Notes under the pieces: model-generated
The model's input: the letters and a program-made list of their open reading frames with translations, nothing else
Databases searched by the model: none
What the model was told of the DNA's origin: nothing
Program-made: the position numbers and the translations under genes
Shown here: positions 16,278 to 25,680 of the stretch, in pieces
How positions within the stretch are numbered: the stretch's first letter is position 1
How the letters are laid out: the number at the start of each line of letters is the position of its first letter
Assembly: GCA_964632315.1 (NCBI GenBank)
Contig: CAZWEM010000027.1
Span: 1 to 31,610, forward strand
Direction: 5' to 3'
DNA length: 31,610 nucleotides
Origin: an uncultured archaeon
GTDB lineage: Archaea; Asgardarchaeota; Lokiarchaeia; Sigyniarchaeales; SOKP01

Positions 16278-18977
16278 TTATTTTTTATTCTTTTTTTCTT
16301 CAATCGCTGCTTGAGCAGCTGCAATTCGCGCAACAGGTATTCTATATGGCGAACAAGACACATAGTCAAGACCGATTGAATGAGCAAATTTGATTGATCG
16401 CGGTTCTCCTCCATGTTCACCACATATACCACATTTTAAGTCAGGACGCGTCTTTCTTCCAGCTTCTACAGCCATTTTCATCAACTTTCCAACCCCAACT
16501 TGGTCTAAAATCTCAAACGGATTTTCTGAAAGGATTTCTTTATTCAAATAGATCGGTATAAACTTACTTTCAGCATCATCCCTGCTAAATCCATAAGTCA
16601 TTTGGGTTAAATCATTCGTTCCGAATGAAAAGAACTCTGCCTCTGTAGCAATTTCATCAGCAGTAAGAGCTGCTCTAGGGATCTCGATCATCGTACCAAA
16701 TTTATAATCAAGTTTTACACCATAGCTATCGATCGTTTCGTTTGCCACTTTTACTAATTGATTTTTTACTTGTATCAGTTCAGATATCATTCCTATGAGG
16801 GGAATCATTACTTCTGGAACTACTTTAATTCCTTCAAGCTTTAATTCACAAGCGGCTTGAAAAATTGCTTTTACTTGCATTTCGTTAATCTCTGGCCAGG
16901 TCAAGCCAAGGCGTACACCTCTTAGGCCCATCATTGGGTTTTCTTCCGAAAGTGAACGAATTAATGAAATAACTTTATTCTTCTTTTTGATCTCTTTATC
17001 AAGAGAACTGATATCTAAAAGCGCTTTGGTAAGATTATTAGTCATTTTTAATTCTTGCGCTTCTAGTACAACCGTCATGAGTTCGGGGAGAAATTCGTGC
17101 AAGGGTGGATCCAATAATCGAATAGTTACTGGTTTTCCTTCCATAATTTTAAAAATCTCATAGAAATCTCCTTTCTGCATAGGTAAGATTTTATTTAAAG
17201 CATCCATTCGATCTTCATGCGTGCGTGCCATTATCATTGATTGAACCACCGGTAATCTATCTTGTGCCATAAACATGTGCTCCGTTCTAGTTAGACCAAT
17301 ACCTTCCGCTCCGAATTCAATCGCAGTTTGGGCATCTATGGGTGTATCCGCATTTGCTCTAACGCCCAATACCTTTAATTCATCTGCTATCGCAAGTAAC
17401 TCGGAAAATTCTCCCTTTATTTCAGGTTCAACTAAAGGAACCTTTCCTTCAATAACTCGCCCAGTAGTTCCATCTATAGTAATATATTCTCCTTCTTCGA
17501 TAATAGTATCAGCAACTTTGAAGTTTTTTCCTTCTTCATCAATTTCAATATCCTGAGCTCCAACAATAGCTGGCTTACCCATCCCTCGAGCAACGACAGC
17601 AGCGTGTGAAGTTTTTCCACCAAACTGGGTTAAAACTCCGCTAGAAGCATATAGACCATGTACATCATCTGGTTTTGTTTGAGGTCTCACTAAAATAAGT
17701 TCCGTTTCACCTTGATTAGCAAGTTGCTCGGCGGTATCTGGATCAAATATTGCTTTTCCCGACACTGCACCCGGAGAAGCATTAATTCCAGTTGCCAAAA
17801 CGTGAATGATAGCATTTTCATCGATACTTTTAAATAATAGTTTTGAAATTTTATATGGATCAATGCTCATAATAGCTTCTTCCTTAGAAATAAGGCCTTC
17901 TTTCACCATATCTACTGCGATTTTAACTGCTGCTGAAGGAGTGCGCTTACCATTTCTGGTTTGAAGTAGGTATAATTTTCCGTTTTCTACGGTAAATTCG
18001 ATATCTTGCATGTCTCTATAATGATTCTCAAGCTTTTCCATTGTATTTATTAATTCCTTATGAACTTTAGGAAATTCTTCTATCATATCATCTAATTTCT
18101 TTGGAGTTCGAATCCCAGCGACGACGTCTTCTCCTTGGGCGTTTGATAAATATTCTCCAAATTTAACATTTTCTCCCGTGGAGGGATCACGCGTGAATGC
18201 AACTCCAGTGGCAGAATTCCATCCTTTATTTCCAAAAACCATGGTTTGAATATTTACAGCAGTTCCAAAATTTGGAATGTTATTTATTTTTCTATAAGTT
18301 TTAGCGCGTTTATTATTCCAAGATTTAAATACTGCTTCTATAGCGATAAATAATTGCTTGTAAGGATCTTGTGGGAATGGTTCTCCAATCTCCTTTTCGT
18401 ACAGTGCTTTATAATCTGCTATTATTTGTTGTAAATCGTGGACATCTAAATCAGTGTCTTGGGCATTTCTAGAAATTGATCGCTTATATTTATCAAGAAT
18501 TCGCTCGAATTTTTCATCTCCAATGCCCATACACACATCACCAAACATTTGGATAAATCTTCTCCAAGAATCATAAGCAAAACGGGGATTTTCAGTTAAT
18601 TCCGCCATACCTTTTACAGATTCATCATTCAAACCCAAATTTAATACTGTATCCATCATTCCAGGCATGCTCATTGGAGCACCAGATCTCACGGATACCA
18701 ATAACGGATTCTTTTTATCACCAAATTTTTTTCCCGTGATTTCTTCGAGTCTTTTTAAACGTTCAATTATCACGGGTTCTAATTGTTTCATTATCTCTTT
18801 AGGTTTTTCAAAGTATAATAAACATGCTTCTGTGGTTATTGTAAATCCAGGAGGAATATTTAAACCCAAATTAGTCATTTCTGCTAGATTTGCACCTTTT
18901 CCACCAAGAAGGTTTTTCATTTCTTTTTTGCCTTCATTAAAGTCATAGACATATTTCTTTTTATCTGTGGCGGTCAT
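16278..18977 (-). CDS. ppdK: Pyruvate,phosphate dikinase
   Basis: GGKGANLAEM, SVRSGAPMSMPGMMDT, GGKTSHAAVVARG (phospho-His), RLLDPPLHEFLP, SFGTNDLTQ, CGEHGG. Confidence 0.97.
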   Translation of the reverse strand: MTATDKKKYVYDFNEGKKEMKNLLGGKGANLAEMTNLGLNIPPGFTITTEACLLYFEKPKEIMKQLEPVIIERLKRLEEITGKKFGDKKNPLLVSVRSGAPMSMPGMMDTVLNLGLNDESVKGMAELTENPRFAYDSWRRFIQMFGDVCMGIGDEKFERILDKYKRSISRNAQDTDLDVHDLQQIIADYKALYEKEIGEPFPQDPYKQLFIAIEAVFKSWNNKRAKTYRKINNIPNFGTAVNIQTMVFGNKGWNSATGVAFTRDPSTGENVKFGEYLSNAQGEDVVAGIRTPKKLDDMIEEFPKVHKELINTMEKLENHYRDMQDIEFTVENGKLYLLQTRNGKRTPSAAVKIAVDMVKEGLISKEEAIMSIDPYKISKLLFKSIDENAIIHVLATGINASPGAVSGKAIFDPDTAEQLANQGETELILVRPQTKPDDVHGLYASSGVLTQFGGKTSHAAVVARGMGKPAIVGAQDIEIDEEGKNFKVADTIIEEGEYITIDGTTGRVIEGKVPLVEPEIKGEFSELLAIADELKVLGVRANADTPIDAQTAIEFGAEGIGLTRTEHMFMAQDRLPVVQSMIMARTHEDRMDALNKILPMQKGDFYEIFKIMEGKPVTIRLLDPPLHEFLPELMTVVLEAQELKMTNNLTKALLDISSLDKEIKKKNKVISLIRSLSEENPMMGLRGVRLGLTWPEINEMQVKAIFQAACELKLEGIKVVPEVMIPLIGMISELIQVKNQLVKVANETIDSYGVKLDYKFGTMIEIPRAALTADEIATEAEFFSFGTNDLTQMTYGFSRDDAESKFIPIYLNKEILSENPFEILDQVGVGKLMKMAVEAGRKTRPDLKCGICGEHGGEPRSIKFAHSIGLDYVSCSPYRIPVARIAAAQAAIEEKKNKK

Positions 18978-19128
18978 TTTAATTAATCTCAGTCATAGTT
19001 TAACATTAAAAATTCAATTCAAAGATTAGAGAAACAAGTAAACATCTCTAAAATTTAAATGGTATAATCCCTCTTATGAAATAAAATTTTCGCATTTAAA
19101 TCATAAAAATTATGCAATAATCGTAATT

Positions 19129-19941
19129 TTATTTTAAAGCTTCAAAAAACTCCCAGATTCCTTCAATCACGAAATCGGGTCGATATTCGGGATTTTGTTC
19201 GATCAATTCTAAAGAAATTTCTCCCGATAACACGCAACAAGTGGTTACTCCGGCACTTTTCCCCATCTTTATATCAGTATATAATCTATCCCCAAACATG
19301 ACCGCATCTTTTGGAGAGATGTTTAAAGAATTGAGCTTAAATAAAAGCATTTCTTTATTTGGCTTTCCGAACACCCTTGGCATTCTTCCAGTTGCCTTTT
19401 CTAATAAACACGCGATTCCTCCCGCATCTGGAATATATCCGTTTTCAGTAGGACAACGATCATCTAAATGAGTTGCGATATATGGAATGTCATCTTGAAG
19501 AAAATATGAAGCTTTTACGAGATTTTCATATGTTAATTCCTTATCAAATGCAAGAACAAGAATATCAGGATTGATATCAGTTAACAAGAAACCATGCCGG
19601 GTAAATTCATTCTTCAGTGATTGAGTTCCAAGTAAAAAAATTTTCTCAAAATCATTTTTTATTAAATAGTCTAAGGTGGGATGCTGTGAGAGAATTAAGT
19701 TATCCGAAGTAATATTCAAGTTGAATTTATTTAATTTTTTTAAATAATCACGAGTAGATAAACTTGAATTGTTAGATAAAAAGTAAAATTTCTTATTTTT
19801 TTCCCGAAGGATCTGAACTAATTCTAAAACACCATCAAATAAATGATCACCTAAATAGATGGTCCCGTCTAAATCGAAAAAAAAGATCTTCTTTTCAACT
19901 AAAAGAGATAAATTTTGATCTGCTTGATTCATCAATACCAC
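19129..19941 (-). CDS. HAD-superfamily IIA (NagD-like) phosphatase
   Basis: DLDGTIY, LSNNSS, FGKPN, GDRLYTDI. The true start may be the ATG at 19932. Confidence 0.9.
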   Translation of the reverse strand: MVLMNQADQNLSLLVEKKIFFFDLDGTIYLGDHLFDGVLELVQILREKNKKFYFLSNNSSLSTRDYLKKLNKFNLNITSDNLILSQHPTLDYLIKNDFEKIFLLGTQSLKNEFTRHGFLLTDINPDILVLAFDKELTYENLVKASYFLQDDIPYIATHLDDRCPTENGYIPDAGGIACLLEKATGRMPRVFGKPNKEMLLFKLNSLNISPKDAVMFGDRLYTDIKMGKSAGVTTCCVLSGEISLELIEQNPEYRPDFVIEGIWEFFEALK

Positions 19942-20049
19942 TGATTCTGAGATATCTTAAGAATATATTCTGAATCATGTTAAACCTTAAAAAAACTTTC
20001 GTAGTAAGATTCGAGAAAAAAATTTAAAAAAAAATAGAAAAATTAATTC

Positions 20050-21543
20050 TTAATTACCAATTTTCGTTCCGCACCATTTACAGTACTTATCTCCTGAAGC
20101 AAGCTCACTTCCACAATAAGAGCAAATCTTTGATTGTGGTGGAGTAACCACTCCAGTATCTCCTAGAGATCTGCCCTCAACTTTACCTCCACACTTAGGA
20201 CAGAAATTACTGTCTGTTCTTAGTTTTGCACCGCAGCGGATGCAGGTTAGGCCTTCTTTTGAGCTTTCTTCTTCTTCTTTAGTTTCAGATTTAGGAAGTG
20301 CCTTAGAAGGTTCTTTTGTTTTCAGTTTTTTCTGTCCTCTCCTTGCTACAAAGGCAGCTACGATGATAATTCCTATTATAACTATGAAAATGATTAACAT
20401 CGGTGTTATATCAAACCATCTATCATTAGCAGTAACTCCTGTGTCATAGGTTACATCAAAAGTGATCGAGGTTGTCTCGTCTGGAGAATACATTGGATCA
20501 AAGTAGACAAAGAAGTACCAAGTGCCACTATTAGGCACGGAGAATGTATCTTGCGGTACTTGATCAACAGCTTCAACATAAAAATCAGTCACACTGAAAT
20601 CTACAATATTTGCTGCAGTATAACTTATCGTGTAATCTACTCCAACTGGAGATACCTCATCATTATACCATACGACATAGTAATCTTGCGCTACATTGAT
20701 AGGCATCGATCCTGTTCCATTCAGAACATTTGGCGTATCCACGTAAAAAGCTGGTGATCCACCTTGATCCCACGTGTACAAGTCATTTCCATCACCGATA
20801 AAAAAGTCGATAGCACTCGAAGCATTGAAATCATATGACAGAGAAGAACCGGGACGTAGATAAATTTGATAATAACGGTATCCATTACTCACTACATTCT
20901 CATGCGTGAGAGGCTCTGAACCCGCAATTGTTGTTCGAGGAAGATTCTCGAATGGTTGATCCCATATTGCGAAAGTTATTAAGCTCGGACTGGATTGAAT
21001 TGAATAGGTAATTTGATTTCCAGCCTCCCCAATATATTCGTGTTCATACCAATACTCATTGAAGTATAAGGTTTCTGTAGATCGATATGAAATATTACCC
21101 GAAGTATCGGCAGAACTAAATGGGAACCAAATTGCAACCCCTGCAATAGGTAAAACCACTAAAATAAGTAAAATAGCAATTAAGACACCGCCACCAATAT
21201 AAGCTGGAGAATAATACCATGGACGATAATAATATCCGGACCACCATGGAGAATACCACCATCGCCAATACCACGGTCGATATCCCCAACCCCACCATCC
21301 GTATCTCCTATATCCATATCCATAATATCGTCTACGAGGATAATAGGATGAATGTCTATACGGTCCTGATGGTGCTCTTGAAACTATTCGAGTTGATCCT
21401 GTCCTTCCAAAGGGAGTTCCACTAATTCTGCCTCCAGATCTAAATGATCCTCCACCGCCTCTGAACCCTCCACCTCTAAATCCACCGCCACCAAATCCTC
21501 CACCTCTAAATCCTCCACCACGTGCACCACCACCACGAGGCAA
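20050..21543 (-). CDS. Two-TM membrane protein: RGG/FGG-rich N-terminus, Y/W/R-rich segment, ~235-aa beta-rich loop domain, C-terminal double zinc ribbon
   Basis: TTG start with GAGGTGA SD (21554-21560) 10 nt upstream. TM1 GVLIAILLILVVLPIAGVAIWF, TM2 MLIIFIVIIGIIIVAAFVA. Four CxxC motifs (CIRC, CPKC, CSYC, CKWC). Confidence 0.85.
   Translation of the reverse strand: MPRGGGARGGGFRGGGFGGGGFRGGGFRGGGGSFRSGGRISGTPFGRTGSTRIVSRAPSGPYRHSSYYPRRRYYGYGYRRYGWWGWGYRPWYWRWWYSPWWSGYYYRPWYYSPAYIGGGVLIAILLILVVLPIAGVAIWFPFSSADTSGNISYRSTETLYFNEYWYEHEYIGEAGNQITYSIQSSPSLITFAIWDQPFENLPRTTIAGSEPLTHENVVSNGYRYYQIYLRPGSSLSYDFNASSAIDFFIGDGNDLYTWDQGGSPAFYVDTPNVLNGTGSMPINVAQDYYVVWYNDEVSPVGVDYTISYTAANIVDFSVTDFYVEAVDQVPQDTFSVPNSGTWYFFVYFDPMYSPDETTSITFDVTYDTGVTANDRWFDITPMLIIFIVIIGIIIVAAFVARRGQKKLKTKEPSKALPKSETKEEEESSKEGLTCIRCGAKLRTDSNFCPKCGGKVEGRSLGDTGVVTPPQSKICSYCGSELASGDKYCKWCGTKIGN
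21449..21540 (-). repeat. Imperfect 15-nt coding tandem repeat encoding (F-R/G-G-G-G)n
   Basis: + strand units such as cctccacctctaaat recur with synonymous variation. Part of the 20050-21543 CDS. Confidence 0.6.
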
Positions 21544-21548
21544 TTTTA

Positions 21549-22550
21549 TTATTTCACCTCTGTGGTGGGAATACTTTTACTTCGAAAAACGTAATCACGA
21601 TAGATAGCTCCAAGAAATAAAAGCATCGCTATAATCGACATTGTTAACCCCAGACTATCCACAGTAACATTAACTGCTGGAACAGCGCTACCAAAAGCAA
21701 CGGCGTAAAGGATCCACTCAAGTATCATGAATAAGATTAAAAGAAATGGAATGATTTTCCGTACAATTAATCCCGTTCTAATGGCTCGAGCGTCAGAAAA
21801 ACTGGCATAGATGAGTGAAAATAATCCGAGAATCCCTAAAATTAAAATCACAAAACCATTTATTATAAGAAAAACCCAGATTACTCCATTATTTGCTATC
21901 AAGCTAGCAAATGGAACTAAGAAGTCAATGCCACGGGCTTCAAAAAGTTCAAACTCTATAATTCCACCGCGTATCTCTGCAAATCCAAAAAAACTTAACA
22001 GATCGGCTTGATTTCCAAGGAAGAACCCATATGCCCCAATTAAAGGTAATAATATCCCTAACACGAATCCCAATATCGCGCAAGTACTTGCAAACCAGAA
22101 TTCTGCAGTTCTGGTATTGGTGATAGGAATGAGTCCTACAGAATCTACAGTTTTATCGGGGATATAGCTCCAACAGTCCTGTATGGTACAAACACCAATT
22201 AGTTTATCTTTTTCCACGACGGGAACTACATTCACTTGCAGAGCTTGCATCCTTTCAAAAGCTTCTTGCACGGTGGTTTTAAGCCTTACAGGCTCGATCT
22301 TATACATCGCAGAAAGCACGTTCACTTTACCTGGATCAGATCCTTCAGCTACCACATTTTGAATAATATCGAAATCAGCAATAACTCCAAGCACTTTTTT
22401 TGACTCTGCATCTTCTACTACCAAATCTGGAACGCCTAATGATTTCATTTGTTTTGCAGCTTCTTGTATTGTCGCATTGGATTCAATTACACCGTATTCA
22501 TCATCAATTACTAAATTTTCTACCAAATATTCTTTGCTATTTAGGTCCAT
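21549..22550 (-). CDS. CBS-pair domain fused to a four-TM membrane domain
   Basis: N-terminal CBS pair (TIQEAAKQM..LVV..VLGVIADFDI; TVQEAFERM..VPVVE..LIGVCTIQD), then four hydrophobic segments. ATG 22550 preferred over the TTG at 22595; ATG 22568 is also possible. Confidence 0.82.
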   Translation of the reverse strand: MDLNSKEYLVENLVIDDEYGVIESNATIQEAAKQMKSLGVPDLVVEDAESKKVLGVIADFDIIQNVVAEGSDPGKVNVLSAMYKIEPVRLKTTVQEAFERMQALQVNVVPVVEKDKLIGVCTIQDCWSYIPDKTVDSVGLIPITNTRTAEFWFASTCAILGFVLGILLPLIGAYGFFLGNQADLLSFFGFAEIRGGIIEFELFEARGIDFLVPFASLIANNGVIWVFLIINGFVILILGILGLFSLIYASFSDARAIRTGLIVRKIIPFLLILFMILEWILYAVAFGSAVPAVNVTVDSLGLTMSIIAMLLFLGAIYRDYVFRSKSIPTTEVK

Positions 22551-22700
22551 TTTTTGCACATTTTTCATTAGATTTTTAGTAATAATACAAAGCAATCAAG
22601 TATTAAATTGTTTGCATAGTCCATTATTTATAGAATTAAGATGCCTATAAAAATAAAAAATAAGGAAAAATTCATTAAAAGAAAAAGATGAGGGTTAGTA

Positions 22701-23159
22701 TTAATAAAATTCTGCTCCTTCAATCACAGTTGTACTATTCACCAATTCTTGAGCTGCTTTCGTTGCTCTCATTACTTTTGCCATGTTTCCAACTAGCTTA
22801 AATTTACCAGCCATCAATCCTTGGATAGGATCTAACTCTTTTTTCAATACTTTTACCCAATTAACATAAGGGCCTGAAAAGACAAATTCAACGGCAACTG
22901 GAGGACCATCAGCTAAAGGTTTTGGGGGAGAGCCAGGTTTTAATATTTCGTAATCCTCTCCTTCATCCAAAATTTTTCCGCCTGTACAATCTCCTTTGTA
23001 CAATCCAAGGAATAATTTGATATCATGATCCAAATTACCACTCTTTTCTACGACAAATACAAAATCCCCTTCCCACCAAGATGCACTTGCCTTGTAATCA
23101 GCATTATTATTGATGGCATTTACATATTCTTCAACCCATTCTTGCGAAAATACTTTCAT
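22701..23159 (-). CDS. SCP2 sterol/lipid-binding domain protein
   Basis: FSQEWV N-terminus, FVFSGPYVNWVKVLKKELDPIQGLMAGKFKLVGNMAKVMR. Pro-rich insertion (KPGSPPKPLADGPP). Confidence 0.85.
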   Translation of the reverse strand: MKVFSQEWVEEYVNAINNNADYKASASWWEGDFVFVVEKSGNLDHDIKLFLGLYKGDCTGGKILDEGEDYEILKPGSPPKPLADGPPVAVEFVFSGPYVNWVKVLKKELDPIQGLMAGKFKLVGNMAKVMRATKAAQELVNSTTVIEGAEFY

Positions 23160-23319
23160 ATCAGTTCACTCTTATTTTTTATGGTTGTTTGATTTTAATG
23201 TATTTTGTAATAATTATTTTTAGGATTATTTAATTTTTTCAAGTTGTTTTCTTAATGAAATATCGATAGTTTGATTTCGATTAAAAAATAATAAGTTAAG
23301 AGAAAAAATTAAAGTTAAA

Positions 23320-24477
23320 CTAGATTCCGATACCTATTGTATTCCCGATACCAGCAACAATCACTTTTGCGCCTTTTGAAGTTCGCATGCGTATTCCCAT
23401 TTTTATCTTCTCAACGATATCAGAAACAGATTGAGTAATGGGTCGTTTCATGGTTGTAATGGCATCTTCTAAGGATTCTCGGCAAATTACGGCATCGATT
23501 GGTATCGTTTTTTTTGTGGTTGAATCTTCAATATAATATTTTTCAACTCCAATTCCACCAATAGCCGCACCCACACCAATAGCAATAGAACCCGTTTTAT
23601 CACCCGATAATTTTAAACCTGCATCGATCATGATTATTCTTTCAATGGAATCTCCATGTTCTTCAACCAATTGTTTTATGGCGGTACCTGGTTTCCCGAC
23701 CGTACCTCCTGGTCCTTTTGCTCTAACGACATACACGATTCTATCTTCAAAATTAACTTCTTGAAGAATAGTGTCTTTGGCAATTTCTGAAGCTTCAACA
23801 TCATCTCTTTGAGCTACATTTCGTACAAAGCTCCCAGCTACCATTGGTCCCAGAGCATCACCGATCGGACTTCCTTCGGAGAATGCCTTGGTTGCTCGAT
23901 AATAACTTTTAGCCATCGCTAATAAAAGGCTCATTTGCATTGAGATTTGCATTAGTAAGATGTAAGATTTCGACTTCTTCCCTAAAATTAGGAAATGCTT
24001 GACTAACCTGTAGACAAAATCTACAGCCATAGCGGCTTCCATTAAATTCTCTAAATTCATTGCTTCTGGAGTACCAGAAGTTATATTTGGCGCAAGTGTC
24101 TTGACTTCCTCCTTAAATCTTTCGTCTCTGACATCTATGATATGATCAATTTTTGGAATTATATGCCTAGGATCAAGGGAGACTGGTTCAATGGTAACAA
24201 AAGTCATGAAATTTTCGAGCCTTAACATCAAATCTTTATCAGTTTCTTTTTTATCACTATATTTCTTGAAATCTTTTAATAAAATTTGCTTGCACTCATC
24301 ATCCCACGTTTTCAGCTTGTCTAATCCAGTTTGAATTTCTCTTTGTGAGCGCCAAGCTTGAAGTTTCGTACCATAAAACATTGAAAAGAATATAAAGACA
24401 AAGAACAACAAGTTCATAATCAAATATAGCGGATCACTAGTACCTAAAGGATTCGCAAACATTACTAGCATGCCCAT
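23320..24477 (-). CDS. DUF1512-family archaeal membrane protein
   Basis: N-terminal TM, EPVSLDP..I..KIDHI, GSPIGDALGPMVA, KGPGGTVGKPG, IMIDAGLKLSG, GIGNTIGI C-terminus. Confidence 0.8.
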   Translation of the reverse strand: MGMLVMFANPLGTSDPLYLIMNLLFFVFIFFSMFYGTKLQAWRSQREIQTGLDKLKTWDDECKQILLKDFKKYSDKKETDKDLMLRLENFMTFVTIEPVSLDPRHIIPKIDHIIDVRDERFKEEVKTLAPNITSGTPEAMNLENLMEAAMAVDFVYRLVKHFLILGKKSKSYILLMQISMQMSLLLAMAKSYYRATKAFSEGSPIGDALGPMVAGSFVRNVAQRDDVEASEIAKDTILQEVNFEDRIVYVVRAKGPGGTVGKPGTAIKQLVEEHGDSIERIIMIDAGLKLSGDKTGSIAIGVGAAIGGIGVEKYYIEDSTTKKTIPIDAVICRESLEDAITTMKRPITQSVSDIVEKIKMGIRMRTSKGAKVIVAGIGNTIGIGI

Positions 24478-24621
24478 TTTTATCCTTCTTCTTTAATAAT
24501 TAGTAAATTGATTTGTTTAAGCTACTTTAGTTTTCATAATGAAAAATTTAATTAATCTTTTATTCTTTTCTATTATAAAGAATAGAATATAACTTGTAAA
24601 CTATAACTTCGAAAGATTCAC

Positions 24622-25065
24622 ATGATTGACGACGAGGACGATGAGGAAGTTTTAAAGAGCAAAATTTCTCTTAAGTCAGTTTTAAAAAATATCCTATTAG
24701 TTGTCTTGATAATAGTAGGTGCGCTTTTTATTTATTTAGGGGGAACAAATCAAGTAACCAATTTCTTTATTGGGTTTACTCTCATTTGTATCGGAAGCAG
24801 TTTGATTCAAATGCAAAAACAAGAAACTGAACCAACACGACAAACTCTTTCTATTTTGAAGTGTCAAAATTGCAATCTCACTAAAGTGAGAAATTATCAA
24901 GTTGGTGATTTTGTTTTTAGAGAAACTGAACCCTGCACCTCGTGCGAAGGGCTCACGCAAATTATACAAATTTACAGTGTTAAACTAACAAAGAAAGGCA
25001 AAAAGAAACAAGATAAAGAGATAAAGGAAAAGCAAGTTCTTGTTAAATCTTCATTGAATGAATGA
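24622..25065 (+). CDS. Small two-TM protein with C-terminal zinc ribbon
   Basis: Two hydrophobic helices, then CQNC..RNYQVGDFVF..CTSC..IIQIYS. Overlaps the coaD start. Confidence 0.75.
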   Translation: MIDDEDDEEVLKSKISLKSVLKNILLVVLIIVGALFIYLGGTNQVTNFFIGFTLICIGSSLIQMQKQETEPTRQTLSILKCQNCNLTKVRNYQVGDFVFRETEPCTSCEGLTQIIQIYSVKLTKKGKKKQDKEIKEKQVLVKSSLNE

Positions 25066-25519
25066 AGAGGTAATCCAAATTCTAAATAAAGTAGGAATGG
25101 GGGGAACCTTTGATCATTTACACGAGGGACATAAATTATTAATTTCAACCGCTCTTTCTGTATCTAAAAAAGTCGTGATTGGTTTAACAAGTGAATCTTT
25201 ATTAAAAAAAAAGAAATTCTTTTCTAAAATGCAGAGTTATGATGACCGCGAGGATGCGATTATTTCATATGTCTCAGAAACATCTGATCTGTCCCGAGTA
25301 GAGATTATAAAGTTAGAAGATCCTTACGGACCCCCCATACATGAGAAAGATTATGAGGGAATCATTGTAAGCGAAGAAACATATCAAAATGCTTTAACAA
25401 TTAATAAGATGCGTGAGAGTAATGGATTTAAGCCCATGATTATCATTGTGATTCCCATTTTGAAAGATTCTAATAGTAACAAAATTAGTTCGACCGCGAT
25501 AAGAGCTAAGATGGAGTAG
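25058..25519 (+). CDS. coaD: Phosphopantetheine adenylyltransferase (archaeal/eukaryotic type)
   Basis: GGTFDHLHEGH, IGLT, LEDPYGP, IVSEET, KISSTAIR. Confidence 0.9.
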   Translation: MNEEVIQILNKVGMGGTFDHLHEGHKLLISTALSVSKKVVIGLTSESLLKKKKFFSKMQSYDDREDAIISYVSETSDLSRVEIIKLEDPYGPPIHEKDYEGIIVSEETYQNALTINKMRESNGFKPMIIIVIPILKDSNSNKISSTAIRAKME

Positions 25520-25552
25520 TAAAATTTTTTAGATAGAATTTCTATTTTCTAA

Positions 25553-25560
25553 TATATAAA
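25553..25560 (+). promoter_or_regulatory. TATA-like box upstream of the small ORF
   Basis: TATATAAA ending 21 nt before ATG 25582, close to the 22-nt spacing at hutU. BRE is poor. Confidence 0.35.
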
Positions 25561-25581
25561 CTGAGATAGCTTGATTAATAG

Positions 25582-25680
25582 ATGAAACAAATCTGGACTA
25601 GTAATTATTATCAACGGTATATTTGGCCAAATCAAGCTCAAAACTCATTTAAGTTCTTTAATTTGCCAAGGGAATTATAG
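25582..25680 (+). CDS. Candidate aromatic-rich leader peptide, 32 aa (MKQIWTSNYYQRYIWPNQAQNSFKFFNLPREL)
   Basis: Manual translation ATG 25582 to TAG 25678-25680. 8 of 32 residues are aromatic (2 W, 3 Y, 3 F). Lies upstream of pheS-pheT-pheA. Expression is unproven. Confidence 0.35.
   Translation: MKQIWTSNYYQRYIWPNQAQNSFKFFNLPREL

Noticed and set aside
19026-19101. Inverted repeats upstream of ppdK (TTAGAGA-N12-TCTCTAA; ATTTAAATG/CATTTAAAT)
   Set aside because: Short and AT-rich, with no recurrence noticed elsewhere; cannot be distinguished from chance.
25568-25638. Eukaryote-like SECIS element (AUGA inside a stem)
   Set aside because: No matching 3' GA to form the quartet, no proper helix II, and no in-frame TGA selenoprotein candidate nearby.
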